NCBI GenBank assembly: GCA_965602045.1
Contig: CBFCXR010000003.1
Coordinates: forward strand, 1 to 46,776
DNA from: an uncultured Bacteroidales bacterium
GTDB taxonomy: Bacteria; Bacteroidota; Bacteroidia; Bacteroidales; UBA10428
Length of the DNA: 46,776 nucleotides
Reading direction: 5' to 3'
In this document: piece after piece, positions 36,505 to 45,555 of the stretch
Numbering within the stretch: the first letter of the stretch is position 1
How the letters are laid out: every line of letters begins with the position of its first letter
The notes under the pieces: generated by a model
Seen by the model: the letters and a program-made list of their open reading frames with translations, nothing else
What the model was told of the DNA's origin: nothing
Databases searched by the model: none
Position numbers and translations under genes: made by a program

Positions 36505-38973
36505 ATGCCAAAAGTTCAAATTATAGATCCTAAAAAGATAAGAAAAAGAAGTGAAATCAAATTCGGTACAATCCCTGTAAATGCATACAATAAAACTATT
36601 GAAAACGAAAAAAATAATTACAGCAATGATGATCTGAAACGTATCTATCATGATATGGTTGTGATCCGGGAATTTGAGACTATGTTGAATACAATTAAAA
36701 CAACCGGACAATACGAAGGGATAACATACAATCACCCCGGACCTGCTCATTTATCCATTGGACAGGAAGCCTCTGCCGTAGGAATGGCATATTCCTTAAC
36801 CGTGGATGATTATATTTTCGGTTCACATCGCAGTCATGGTGAAATTTTAGCCAAAGGCCTGTCTGCTATTCACCAGTTAGATAAAAAATCACTTATAGGC
36901 ATTATGAAAGATTTTTTTGACGGGAACATTTTACATATAGTTGAAAAGGGATTTAAAGGAACGGAAAAAGAACTGGCCATTTACTTTTTATTATATGGCA
37001 CACTGGCTGAGATTTTTGCACGCGAAACAGGATTTAATAAAGGATTGGGAGGATCAATGCATGCCTTTTTTACACCTTTTGGAGTTTATCCCAATAATGC
37101 AGTTGTAGGAGGTTCAGGTGATATAGCAGTAGGAGCAGCATTATTTAAAAAAATTAATAAAAAATCCGGTATAGTTGTTGCCAATATAGGCGATGCCTCG
37201 GCATCATGTGGCCCGGTTTGGGAAGGTATTTGCTTTGCCTCAATGGACCAGTTTAAAAAATTGTGGAGTGAAGAATATAAAGGCGGATTACCCATAATAT
37301 TTAATTTCATGAATAATTTATACGGAATGGGCGGTCAGACAAAAGGTGAAACCATGGGATTCGATATTTTGGCGCGAATAGGGGCCGGTGTAAATCCTGA
37401 AATGATGCATGCAGAAAGAGTCGATGGTTATAACCCTTTGGCTGTAATAGATGCTATAAACAGGAAGAAAAAAATCATTAAAGAAAAAAAAGGGCCCGTG
37501 CTTTTAGATACATTAACATACAGAATAAGCGGCCATTCGCCTTCTGATGCATCATCATACAGGTCTAAAGAAGAGGTTGAAATGTGGATGAAGGAGGATT
37601 CAATTGTTGATTTTAGTAAGAAACTAAAAGATGCAAAAGTAGCTGAAGAGAATCAACTGGAAAGCATTCAAAATGACGTAAAGTCACGAATGATTAAAAT
37701 CCTGAAATTAGTTATTGATGATTCCATTTCCCCGGTAATGAACCTTAAAAAACATCCCGAATTAATCGGAGGTATGATGTTTTCTAACCAGTCAGTTGAT
37801 AAAATGGAGGACGCTAAACCCGATGTTCTGATGCCTGTAAATGAAAATCCGCGGGTAAAACAAATTGCCGGTAAAGAACGTTTCGGACTTGACAAGGATG
37901 GTAAACCATTTTCTAAAGTCAAAACATTTCAGCTTAGAGATGCAATCTTTGAGGCTATTATTGACCGGTTTTATAAAGATCCTACCCTAACAGCCTACGG
38001 TGAAGAAAACAGGGACTGGGGCGGAGCATTTGCTGTTTACCGGGGATTAACAGAAGCCTTGCCATATCACCGACTTTTTAACTCGCCTATTGCTGAGGGT
38101 GCTATCGCAGGCACAGCTGTTGGATACGGTATGGCAGGAGGACGCGTAATCGCAGAAATTATGTATTGCGACTTTTTAGGACGTTCCGGTGATGAGGTAT
38201 TTAACCAGCTTCCTAAATGGCAGTCCATGAGCGGTAATATGATTAAAATGCCAGTAGTTATAAGAGTTTCCGTAGGATCAAAATACGGAGCACAACATTC
38301 CCAGGACTGGTCCTCACTGGTTACGCATATACCCGGACTTAAGGTAGTATTTCCTGCTACACCATACGATGCCAAAGGATTAATGAATTCTGCGCTGCAG
38401 GGAACAGACCCGGTAATCTATTTCGAGAGTCAGCGATTATACGATGTTGGTGAACTATTCAGGGCAGAGGGCGTGCCGGAAGAATATTATGAAATTCCAC
38501 TTGGTGAACCTGACATAAAACGCGAAGGTACAGATATTACAATTCTTACAATCGGAGCAACATTATACAATGCTATAACGGCTGCCGATACCCTTAAATC
38601 AGAATATGATATATCAGCAGAAGTAATTGATGCCCGCAGCCTTGTACCTTTTAATTATGACCTGGTTATTGAATCTGTTAAAAAGACCGGTAAAATATTA
38701 CTTGCAAGTGATGCATGTTCACGGGGTTCATATATGAAAGATATGGCACAGACAATAACAGAACTTGCTTTTGATTACCTGGATGCACCACCAATTGTTG
38801 TAGGATCAAGAAACTGGATAACTCCGGCTTATGAACTTGAAGAATATTTTTTCCCTCAACCTGAATGGATACTTGATGCAATACATGAAAAAATATTACC
38901 GCTTAAGAGCCATATTGTATCAAATAATTTTACTGAACTTGAACAGACCAGGCGAAACAAAGAAGGAGTTTAG
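36505..38973 (+). CDS. Fused E1 alpha/beta thiamine-diphosphate-dependent dehydrogenase (acetoin/2-oxoacid dehydrogenase-like; substrate unknown)
   Basis: Alpha part: HLSIGQEA, SHRSHG, GGSMH, GDA...NN, GHSPSD. Beta part: GEE, NSPIAE, EIMYCDF, AQHSQ, EVIDARSLVP. Confidence 0.92.
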   Translation: MPKVQIIDPKKIRKRSEIKFGTIPVNAYNKTIENEKNNYSNDDLKRIYHDMVVIREFETMLNTIKTTGQYEGITYNHPGPAHLSIGQEASAVGMAYSLTVDDYIFGSHRSHGEILAKGLSAIHQLDKKSLIGIMKDFFDGNILHIVEKGFKGTEKELAIYFLLYGTLAEIFARETGFNKGLGGSMHAFFTPFGVYPNNAVVGGSGDIAVGAALFKKINKKSGIVVANIGDASASCGPVWEGICFASMDQFKKLWSEEYKGGLPIIFNFMNNLYGMGGQTKGETMGFDILARIGAGVNPEMMHAERVDGYNPLAVIDAINRKKKIIKEKKGPVLLDTLTYRISGHSPSDASSYRSKEEVEMWMKEDSIVDFSKKLKDAKVAEENQLESIQNDVKSRMIKILKLVIDDSISPVMNLKKHPELIGGMMFSNQSVDKMEDAKPDVLMPVNENPRVKQIAGKERFGLDKDGKPFSKVKTFQLRDAIFEAIIDRFYKDPTLTAYGEENRDWGGAFAVYRGLTEALPYHRLFNSPIAEGAIAGTAVGYGMAGGRVIAEIMYCDFLGRSGDEVFNQLPKWQSMSGNMIKMPVVIRVSVGSKYGAQHSQDWSSLVTHIPGLKVVFPATPYDAKGLMNSALQGTDPVIYFESQRLYDVGELFRAEGVPEEYYEIPLGEPDIKREGTDITILTIGATLYNAITAADTLKSEYDISAEVIDARSLVPFNYDLVIESVKKTGKILLASDACSRGSYMKDMAQTITELAFDYLDAPPIVVGSRNWITPAYELEEYFFPQPEWILDAIHEKILPLKSHIVSNNFTELEQTRRNKEGV

Positions 38974-39145
38974 TGTCTGAAATTGATAGCTTCGCATTTG
39001 AGGGCAATAATTCAACATAACCTGATATATATAGACCATTGGTAACAGGTTGAATATATATACTTTGAATTTTATTTTTTGAATTTTTATTAATTACTTT
39101 AGCAAATATTCTTAATCAATCATTATTGAGAATACCAAATAAAAA

Positions 39146-40372
39146 ATGCTCATGAATCTTCTATCAAGTCTGCCGGATTCAGAAAAATTACTAAACTGGT
39201 TTAAAAAGAATAATCCATCAATTACCTGGCTTGTAAACGGACATATACATTCTCCTTACTCATTCAGTGCTTTTAAGAGCATTGAAGATATGTTTAAGAA
39301 AGCAAAAGAGGAGAATATTAAAGTACTTGGCATAAATGATTTCAATGTTACAGATGGATATAAAGAATTTTACGAATTATCTCTTTTAAATAAGGTTTTT
39401 CCACTGTTTAATATTGAATTTATTACACTATCCAAAGATTTTCAACAGAAGGGAATTCTGGTAAATGATCCAAATAATCCCGGAAGAACATATTTCAGCG
39501 GTAAAGGGCTAAAATATCCGCTGGTATTGGAAAAACAATCTTTTGACATGGTTTCACGGCTGAAAAATAACAGCCAGAAACATATTCAAAAGATGACTAT
39601 AAAATTGAACAGTTTGTTAAATGAAAATAAACTTGGAATATCACTAAGCTATAATGAAGTTAAGAAGTATTCTAAAGAGCTTGTACGCGAGCGGCATATT
39701 GCTACAGCTCTGCGGAAAAAGATATTTGATAAATATTCCGATTCAGAGGGCAGGAAAAGGGTTCTATCGCAGATATATGGAAAGGAATGCAAGGCAGACT
39801 TAAAAAGTAATGCTGAAATCGAAAATGAAATAAGAAGTAATTTACTTAAATCAGGGGGCCAGGCGTTTGTTGCTGAAGATGAAAATTCATTCCTGGAATT
39901 GCCGGCAGTGCAGGATTTCATAATTAATGCCGGAGGAATTCCCTGTTATCCCCTATTATTGGATTTTGGAGATAAGAATTTTACTGATTTTGAAATAAAC
40001 AAGGAAAAATTGCATAAGCAATTAATTGAACTAAATGTTCATTGCATAGAGTTCATTCCACGCAGAAACACTTTAAATATATTAACAGAGTATGTCAGAT
40101 ATTTCAGAAAACACGGATTTCTTGTTTTATTCGGAACTGAACACAATACACCGGCAATGGAACCATTGCAGATAAGTTGCAAAGATAAACCTCTAAACGA
40201 TGAACTAAAACAGGTATCATATGAAGGAGCTTGTGTAGCAGCAGCACATCAATATCTGGTTGCTAATAATAAACCGGGCTATATTGATAAAAAAGGAACT
40301 GCCCGTACTTCAGATTACAAAGATCTCTATAAATTAGGAGATGCTGTTATAAACTACTTTCTTAATATTTAA
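39146..40372 (+). CDS. PHP-domain (metal-dependent phosphoesterase-like) protein with atypical motifs
   Basis: HIHSPYS, GINDFN, NIEF, RERHIA, GGIPCYP, GTEHN occupy the positions of the PHP motifs. Confidence 0.75.
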   Translation: MLMNLLSSLPDSEKLLNWFKKNNPSITWLVNGHIHSPYSFSAFKSIEDMFKKAKEENIKVLGINDFNVTDGYKEFYELSLLNKVFPLFNIEFITLSKDFQQKGILVNDPNNPGRTYFSGKGLKYPLVLEKQSFDMVSRLKNNSQKHIQKMTIKLNSLLNENKLGISLSYNEVKKYSKELVRERHIATALRKKIFDKYSDSEGRKRVLSQIYGKECKADLKSNAEIENEIRSNLLKSGGQAFVAEDENSFLELPAVQDFIINAGGIPCYPLLLDFGDKNFTDFEINKEKLHKQLIELNVHCIEFIPRRNTLNILTEYVRYFRKHGFLVLFGTEHNTPAMEPLQISCKDKPLNDELKQVSYEGACVAAAHQYLVANNKPGYIDKKGTARTSDYKDLYKLGDAVINYFLNI

Positions 40373-40381
40373 TATCGAGAC

Positions 40382-41596
40382 ATGGAAAACATAAAACATA
40401 AAAATCAAATCATTGAGGTTATCCCGGCTATACGTATGTTGTTGTCAGATGATATTCCAAAAACCATAAAGTTTAAAGATATTTCAGATATTCCTGACAT
40501 ATCCGGGAAAATAGGATTACTGAAAAACAATAAACCGTTGATTATTAAATCACATGAAAATCATGAGAAAATAATAGATGAATTTATGGCATCTCTTGAT
40601 ATACATTTACGAAAGTATAACGAATCTCCCGGAATTATTATCATTGATGAATTTGGAGTTCTTTATGCCGGGGATTCAGCAACTGAATCAGATAATTTAA
40701 TGGAAACTACTGAAGCGCTGCTAAAGCATAAAAGCATATCATCAACCGATCAAACAGGTAAGAAAAACAATGGCAGGTTAAGCTCTAAAATTTTTATTGT
40801 TACAGGTGGTGCACAGGGTTTTGGTTACGGCATTGTTGAAAACCTGTTCCATGAAGGTGCAAATTTAGTAATTGCTGATATCAATGAAGAAAAAGGAAAA
40901 GAAATAAGTGTTAAGCTTAATGGGCTTAACAAAAAAAACAAAGCAATATTCGTAAAAACGGATGTTTCAGTTCCCGGTTCTGTTGAAAATTTGATATTTT
41001 CTGCTGTAACTGAATTTGGAGGATTAGATGCAATAATCAGCAATGCAGGCATACTCAGGGCAGGCAGCCTTGAAGATATGGGAACTGACGTATTTGAAAA
41101 GATGACAAAGGTTAATTATATAGGCTATTACTACTGTGCAAAGTACGCTTCAAGAGTACTCAAAGTGCAAAATAAGTATAAGCATAACTATTTTACTGAT
41201 ATAATACAGATAAATTCAAAATCCGGCCTTAAGGGAAGTAATAAAAATTTTGCCTATGCAGGTGGAAAATTTGGAGGTATTGGATTAACTCAATCGTTTG
41301 CCCTGGAATTAATGCAGTATAATATAAAGGTAAACTCAATTTGTCCCGGAAACTTTTTTGAAGGGCCTTTATGGTCAGATCCTGAAAAAGGTTTATTTGT
41401 TCAGTATCTAAAGACAGGAAAAGTACCCGGAGCCAAAACTATCGAAGATATTAAGAAATACTATGAAAATCAGGTTCCTGCCGGACGCGGTTGCAGAATC
41501 GATGATATTATGAAGGCAATATTTTATGTAATTGAACAGGAATATGAAACAGGTCAGGCTATCCCTGTTACCGGCGGACAGGAGATGCTTAGATAA
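40382..41596 (+). CDS. SrlD (sorbitol-6-phosphate dehydrogenase)-like SDR with N-terminal class II aldolase-like remnant
   Basis: TGGAQGFG, SNAG, IQINSKSGLKGSNKNFAYAGGKFGGIGLTQSFALEL closely follow the SrlD pattern; about 130 extra N-terminal residues. Confidence 0.8.
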   Translation: MENIKHKNQIIEVIPAIRMLLSDDIPKTIKFKDISDIPDISGKIGLLKNNKPLIIKSHENHEKIIDEFMASLDIHLRKYNESPGIIIIDEFGVLYAGDSATESDNLMETTEALLKHKSISSTDQTGKKNNGRLSSKIFIVTGGAQGFGYGIVENLFHEGANLVIADINEEKGKEISVKLNGLNKKNKAIFVKTDVSVPGSVENLIFSAVTEFGGLDAIISNAGILRAGSLEDMGTDVFEKMTKVNYIGYYYCAKYASRVLKVQNKYKHNYFTDIIQINSKSGLKGSNKNFAYAGGKFGGIGLTQSFALELMQYNIKVNSICPGNFFEGPLWSDPEKGLFVQYLKTGKVPGAKTIEDIKKYYENQVPAGRGCRIDDIMKAIFYVIEQEYETGQAIPVTGGQEMLR

Positions 41597-41649
41597 AGCA
41601 AGTTGAATTAATTCGGGAAATTCAGAAGTAAAAGCATCTTAATAATAAA

Positions 41650-41677
41650 ACGATTAACGAATATCAATTAACGATTT
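41650..41677 (+). repeat. Short heptamer tract between convergent genes
   Basis: ACGATTA ACGAATA TCAATTA ACGATTT. Confidence 0.5.
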
Positions 41678-41695
41678 ATATTTTAGCGAATTTTC

Positions 41696-43057
41696 CTACT
41701 TTACAGCTACGATTTTTCTGAGTTTAATATCAACATCATTAATGTTCTTATCCGGACTAATTACCATTGCTGCTCCAAGAGCAGTGGCATTATATAATTC
41801 TGTTGTATATACATTTTTATCGGTAAAAAATGTAGCCAGGAGAGCAGTAAATATTTCATTCCTGGCAAATCCCCCGCTGATATAAATATTTTCAGTTGTA
41901 TCAGCTTTGTCCAGCACAAAGCGTATAGCTTCAGCCTCAAAAAGAGACAATTCGAACATCAACTGATGATAAGCGCTTTTAAAGTCGGGGTATTTATCCA
42001 AACAATTGAAGTCACCATAATAGTCTGCGGGTATGGAATTTGGGAAAAAGTCAAACTGGTTTTCCGAAATTAGTCTCTTCAAAAGTACTTTATCCAGCTT
42101 TACATTTTTAAACTCACCTTCATCAACACCAAAGTGAGCACTAAGTTTCACACAATTGATTTCATGTATATGCCCTAAAAACAATCTTGATGATTTTACC
42201 TGGTTCTGGTTAACACTAATATAACAGAGGCAATCTTTTTTTAACTCCTCAGCAGTAAGCTTGTCACTACTAAAAGGATTCATGTTTATCGCCCATGTAC
42301 CCGATGAAATAAGAATAAAGTCCTTTTCGCTTCCTGCTTCCAGATATGGGACCAATGATGCAGAACTATCGTGTATACCAATACCGGTATTTATTTCTTT
42401 TCCGTTTATTATATATTTAAATGCCTTGCTATTGCTAACAGGATTAGGTAAATTAATATTTTCGTCTGCCAGCCATTTGTGGTACTTTATATCATCAAAA
42501 TCCCACAAAGCCGTATGACATCCGATAGATGTATAATCTGACACTATCTGTCCTGTTAATATATAGCTGAGATATTGAGGAAAATGTAATATATGTTTAG
42601 TTTTCTTCCAATACTCAGGCTTATAATGTTTTAACCAATATATTTGCAAACCTGAATTTAACATATCTAATGCAGGAGAGGCAGTTTTTCTGGAGAATTC
42701 TTCAACACCCCCGTATTTTTCATAAAAACCTGACAGAACACTTTCCGGCATAGGTTTTAAATAATTGTACACAGGGGCAACACGGTTGCCGTCTTTATCT
42801 AAATATACTATTGTAGCTCCATAAGTTGAAAAGTTTATTGCTCTTATTTCATACTCATCCCCTAAAATAAGTTTTTTAAGTGAATCATTAATCCATTTTA
42901 AAAGCCCTTCAATATCATCACACTCAAATCCATCATCATCCAATATCTCGTCAAACACCTTTTCATCTTGAAACACAAGGTTAAAGGCTTCATCAAACAA
43001 TAACAACTTTTTGTTGGTTTTTCCAACATCAAATACTGCAATAACATCTTTTTTCAT
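41696..43057 (-). CDS. FGGY carbohydrate kinase, probable rhamnulokinase
   Basis: DVGKTNKK, FSTYGA, TSIGCHTALWD, GIHDSSASL, SSGTW, GGFARN; last gene of the rha operon. Confidence 0.82.
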   Translation of the reverse strand: MKKDVIAVFDVGKTNKKLLLFDEAFNLVFQDEKVFDEILDDDGFECDDIEGLLKWINDSLKKLILGDEYEIRAINFSTYGATIVYLDKDGNRVAPVYNYLKPMPESVLSGFYEKYGGVEEFSRKTASPALDMLNSGLQIYWLKHYKPEYWKKTKHILHFPQYLSYILTGQIVSDYTSIGCHTALWDFDDIKYHKWLADENINLPNPVSNSKAFKYIINGKEINTGIGIHDSSASLVPYLEAGSEKDFILISSGTWAINMNPFSSDKLTAEELKKDCLCYISVNQNQVKSSRLFLGHIHEINCVKLSAHFGVDEGEFKNVKLDKVLLKRLISENQFDFFPNSIPADYYGDFNCLDKYPDFKSAYHQLMFELSLFEAEAIRFVLDKADTTENIYISGGFARNEIFTALLATFFTDKNVYTTELYNATALGAAMVISPDKNINDVDIKLRKIVAVK

Positions 43058-43069
43058 AGAATATCCGGT

Positions 43070-44200
43070 TTATAATTCTTGGTTAACATTTTCTATCATT
43101 TGTTTGCGGTAGTTTTCAGCTTCCCAATTCTCTATAAAAGCAATTTTCTTGTCATCCAGAGATTTGGAGCCACCAAAAGACCTTGCATAAATACTTATTT
43201 TCATCATATTTAAAATCATCTCCTTAACAATATCAGCTGAACTTATATTGTCTTCAATGATAAGTAATCCTTTATTTTTAATTGCTATTATTTTTGGATA
43301 ATAGCCATATTTATTATTAAAAGCTTTTAAATCTTCCAAAGCTTTGGATTCTTCTTTATCATCAACAAAAAGGTAATGTGATTTACAATAAACAATATGA
43401 TCAGGAGTAAATGCAGTTTCCACATCTTCAAACGATGTTTTGTCCCTTACAAATTCTCTTATTATGTCGCTTGATATAGTATTAACAACACCTGATTTAT
43501 TGTTTTTTATACAATTAACGACTAATTCTTTAATAGCTGTATTAAATGTTTGGCTGTTATTACCCGGTAATACAAGTTTAATTTTCTTCAGGATCGCTTT
43601 TTCGATATTCTTATATATGTCCTTAATCTCCTGGATACTTTCACCACTTACAATAATGCCATGGTTTTCAAGCAAAATAATCTTCGGATCAGAACCTTTT
43701 AATTTTCGAAAACGAACCAGTTCATCTGATACTTTCTTGAAAAGAGTATACCCGGGATCAGTATATTTAATAAATAAAATATCATCTCCAAATAATTCAC
43801 CTGACAGGATCCTGGCTTTTTTTGAACATAAAAGAGAATTCACTAATGTTGGATGAGTATGTACAACAAACGGATAATCTATTATATCGTGCAAAGAACT
43901 TTCTACCGAAGGCCTTTTCCTGTTTTTAGATACTATTGCTCCATTTAAGTCGTTCTTAACTTCAATTTCTCTTTGTGCGGAATTATTACTGTATTTTTTT
44001 ACATAAATTATTCTAAGCTTACTTCTCGACAAACATACAAATCCATCTGAACTAATATTAGCAAGGGAAACACCACTGGCTTTTATCCATAAATTATCAG
44101 TATTTTTATAAGAAGTATTACCGCCTCCGGCAATAACATAATCTTTGTTTGCTCCATAATAGCGAGATACTTTTACCAGGTTCCTTATATTTTCCTCCAT
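43070..44200 (-). CDS. Class II aldolase/adducin-family protein, probable rhamnulose-1-phosphate aldolase (RhaE-type domain)
   Basis: AGGGNTSYK, IKASG, RPSVESSLH, VHTHP, LENHG, FTPDH, WEAENYR resemble the N-terminal half of bifunctional aldolase-SDR proteins. Confidence 0.8.
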   Translation of the reverse strand: MEENIRNLVKVSRYYGANKDYVIAGGGNTSYKNTDNLWIKASGVSLANISSDGFVCLSRSKLRIIYVKKYSNNSAQREIEVKNDLNGAIVSKNRKRPSVESSLHDIIDYPFVVHTHPTLVNSLLCSKKARILSGELFGDDILFIKYTDPGYTLFKKVSDELVRFRKLKGSDPKIILLENHGIIVSGESIQEIKDIYKNIEKAILKKIKLVLPGNNSQTFNTAIKELVVNCIKNNKSGVVNTISSDIIREFVRDKTSFEDVETAFTPDHIVYCKSHYLFVDDKEESKALEDLKAFNNKYGYYPKIIAIKNKGLLIIEDNISSADIVKEMILNMMKISIYARSFGGSKSLDDKKIAFIENWEAENYRKQMIENVNQEL

Positions 44201-44206
44201 TAAATC

Positions 44207-45475
44207 TTATCTCTTTAATAATATATCTTTTTCATACATTTGAATTTCGGCAATAAAATCATTTCCAACAGGCACATCATTGGTATGACAATAGTAATCC
44301 CAGACTGCTCCAAATAACCTGGTTTTCATAACCTCAAGCATGGCCAGACGTTCAAAATATTGTCCTTTCTCTTCATATTCCTTAATTTTTCCTGTTGGTT
44401 CCAATAATGCAAACAGGAAAGCTTGCTGTGCTGCACGTGTTCCAACTACATATGCTCCTAAACGGTTCAGACTGGCATCAAAGTAATCCAGTCCGATATT
44501 AACACGATTTAAAGCATTTGCCCTAACTATTTCATGGGCGATTAACAGTATTTCATCATTGAAAGTTACTACATGATCACTATCCCAACGCACTCCACGT
44601 GTTACATGCAAAAGAATTTCATCCAGGTATTGCAGTACGGCAGATATTTTATCACCTACTTGTTCTGTTGGATGAAAGTGGCCATTGTCAAGACATAGTA
44701 ATATGTTATTTTTAATGGCATATCCCATATAAAATTCATGAGAACCAACCACCATCGATTCCGAGCCTATTCCGAATAATTTACACTCCACCGAGTCTTT
44801 TAAATATTCTTTTGGATATTTATCGATAAAAATTTCATCCAATGACTTTTTCAATATCGCCCTGCAAGTATACCTATCAACCGGAGTGTCCTTATAACCA
44901 TCAGGAATCCAGAGGTTATGAACACAAGCCTTACCCAATTGTTTTCCCATTTCTGCTGCTATCTTACGGCATAGTTTTACATGTTTAATCCAGAATTTTC
45001 TTACATCCTCATTTTTGCTTGATAATGTAAAGCCATCATCAGCTTTAGGGTGGGAAAAACATGTAGCATTAAAATCCAGGCCTATTCCTTTTTCCTTTGC
45101 CCAGTCAATCCATCCCTGGAAATGTTCAACATCTATCTCATCGCGGTCTACGTTTTTTCCTCCAAATTCACCATATATGGCATGTAAATTAAGACGTTGC
45201 TTCCCAGGCAAGAGAGACATTACTTTATCCAGGTCCTGCCGCATTTCCTGTATCGTTCCAGCTTTTCCGGGATAATTTCCGGTGACTTGTATGCCTCCTC
45301 CTCCCAGCTCAGCATCAGGTGTTTCAAATCCACCAACATCATCAGCTTGCCAACAATGCAGGCTTATCACAATATCTTTTAACTTGTTTAATACTGAATC
45401 AGTATTAATCCCGAATTGTGCATACTGGTCTTTTGCCATTTTATATGCACTTTCAACTAATTCTACATTTGTCAT
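44207..45475 (-). CDS. rhaA: L-rhamnose isomerase
   Basis: ISLHCWQADDV, TGNYPG, LNLHAIY, WIPDG, KLFGIG, GHFHPTE, VRWDSDHV, GLDYFDAS. Confidence 0.97.
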   Translation of the reverse strand: MTNVELVESAYKMAKDQYAQFGINTDSVLNKLKDIVISLHCWQADDVGGFETPDAELGGGGIQVTGNYPGKAGTIQEMRQDLDKVMSLLPGKQRLNLHAIYGEFGGKNVDRDEIDVEHFQGWIDWAKEKGIGLDFNATCFSHPKADDGFTLSSKNEDVRKFWIKHVKLCRKIAAEMGKQLGKACVHNLWIPDGYKDTPVDRYTCRAILKKSLDEIFIDKYPKEYLKDSVECKLFGIGSESMVVGSHEFYMGYAIKNNILLCLDNGHFHPTEQVGDKISAVLQYLDEILLHVTRGVRWDSDHVVTFNDEILLIAHEIVRANALNRVNIGLDYFDASLNRLGAYVVGTRAAQQAFLFALLEPTGKIKEYEEKGQYFERLAMLEVMKTRLFGAVWDYYCHTNDVPVGNDFIAEIQMYEKDILLKR

Positions 45476-45555
45476 TGTTTATTTTTTTTTTATTAATTAT
45501 TCCATATAAAAAACTTCTTCAAGTGGTATAGTAACAGGCGAATTAGATTGAGTTT

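Noticed and set aside
33740-38973. Naming the complex pyruvate dehydrogenase (pdhABC) or branched-chain keto acid dehydrogenase
   Set aside because: Motifs establish the family but not the substrate; context, operator and E1 insertions argue against assuming a housekeeping role.
40382-41596. Calling the SDR srlD (sorbitol utilisation)
   Set aside because: No sorbitol PTS or related genes nearby and an extra N-terminal domain; only family-level similarity is supported.
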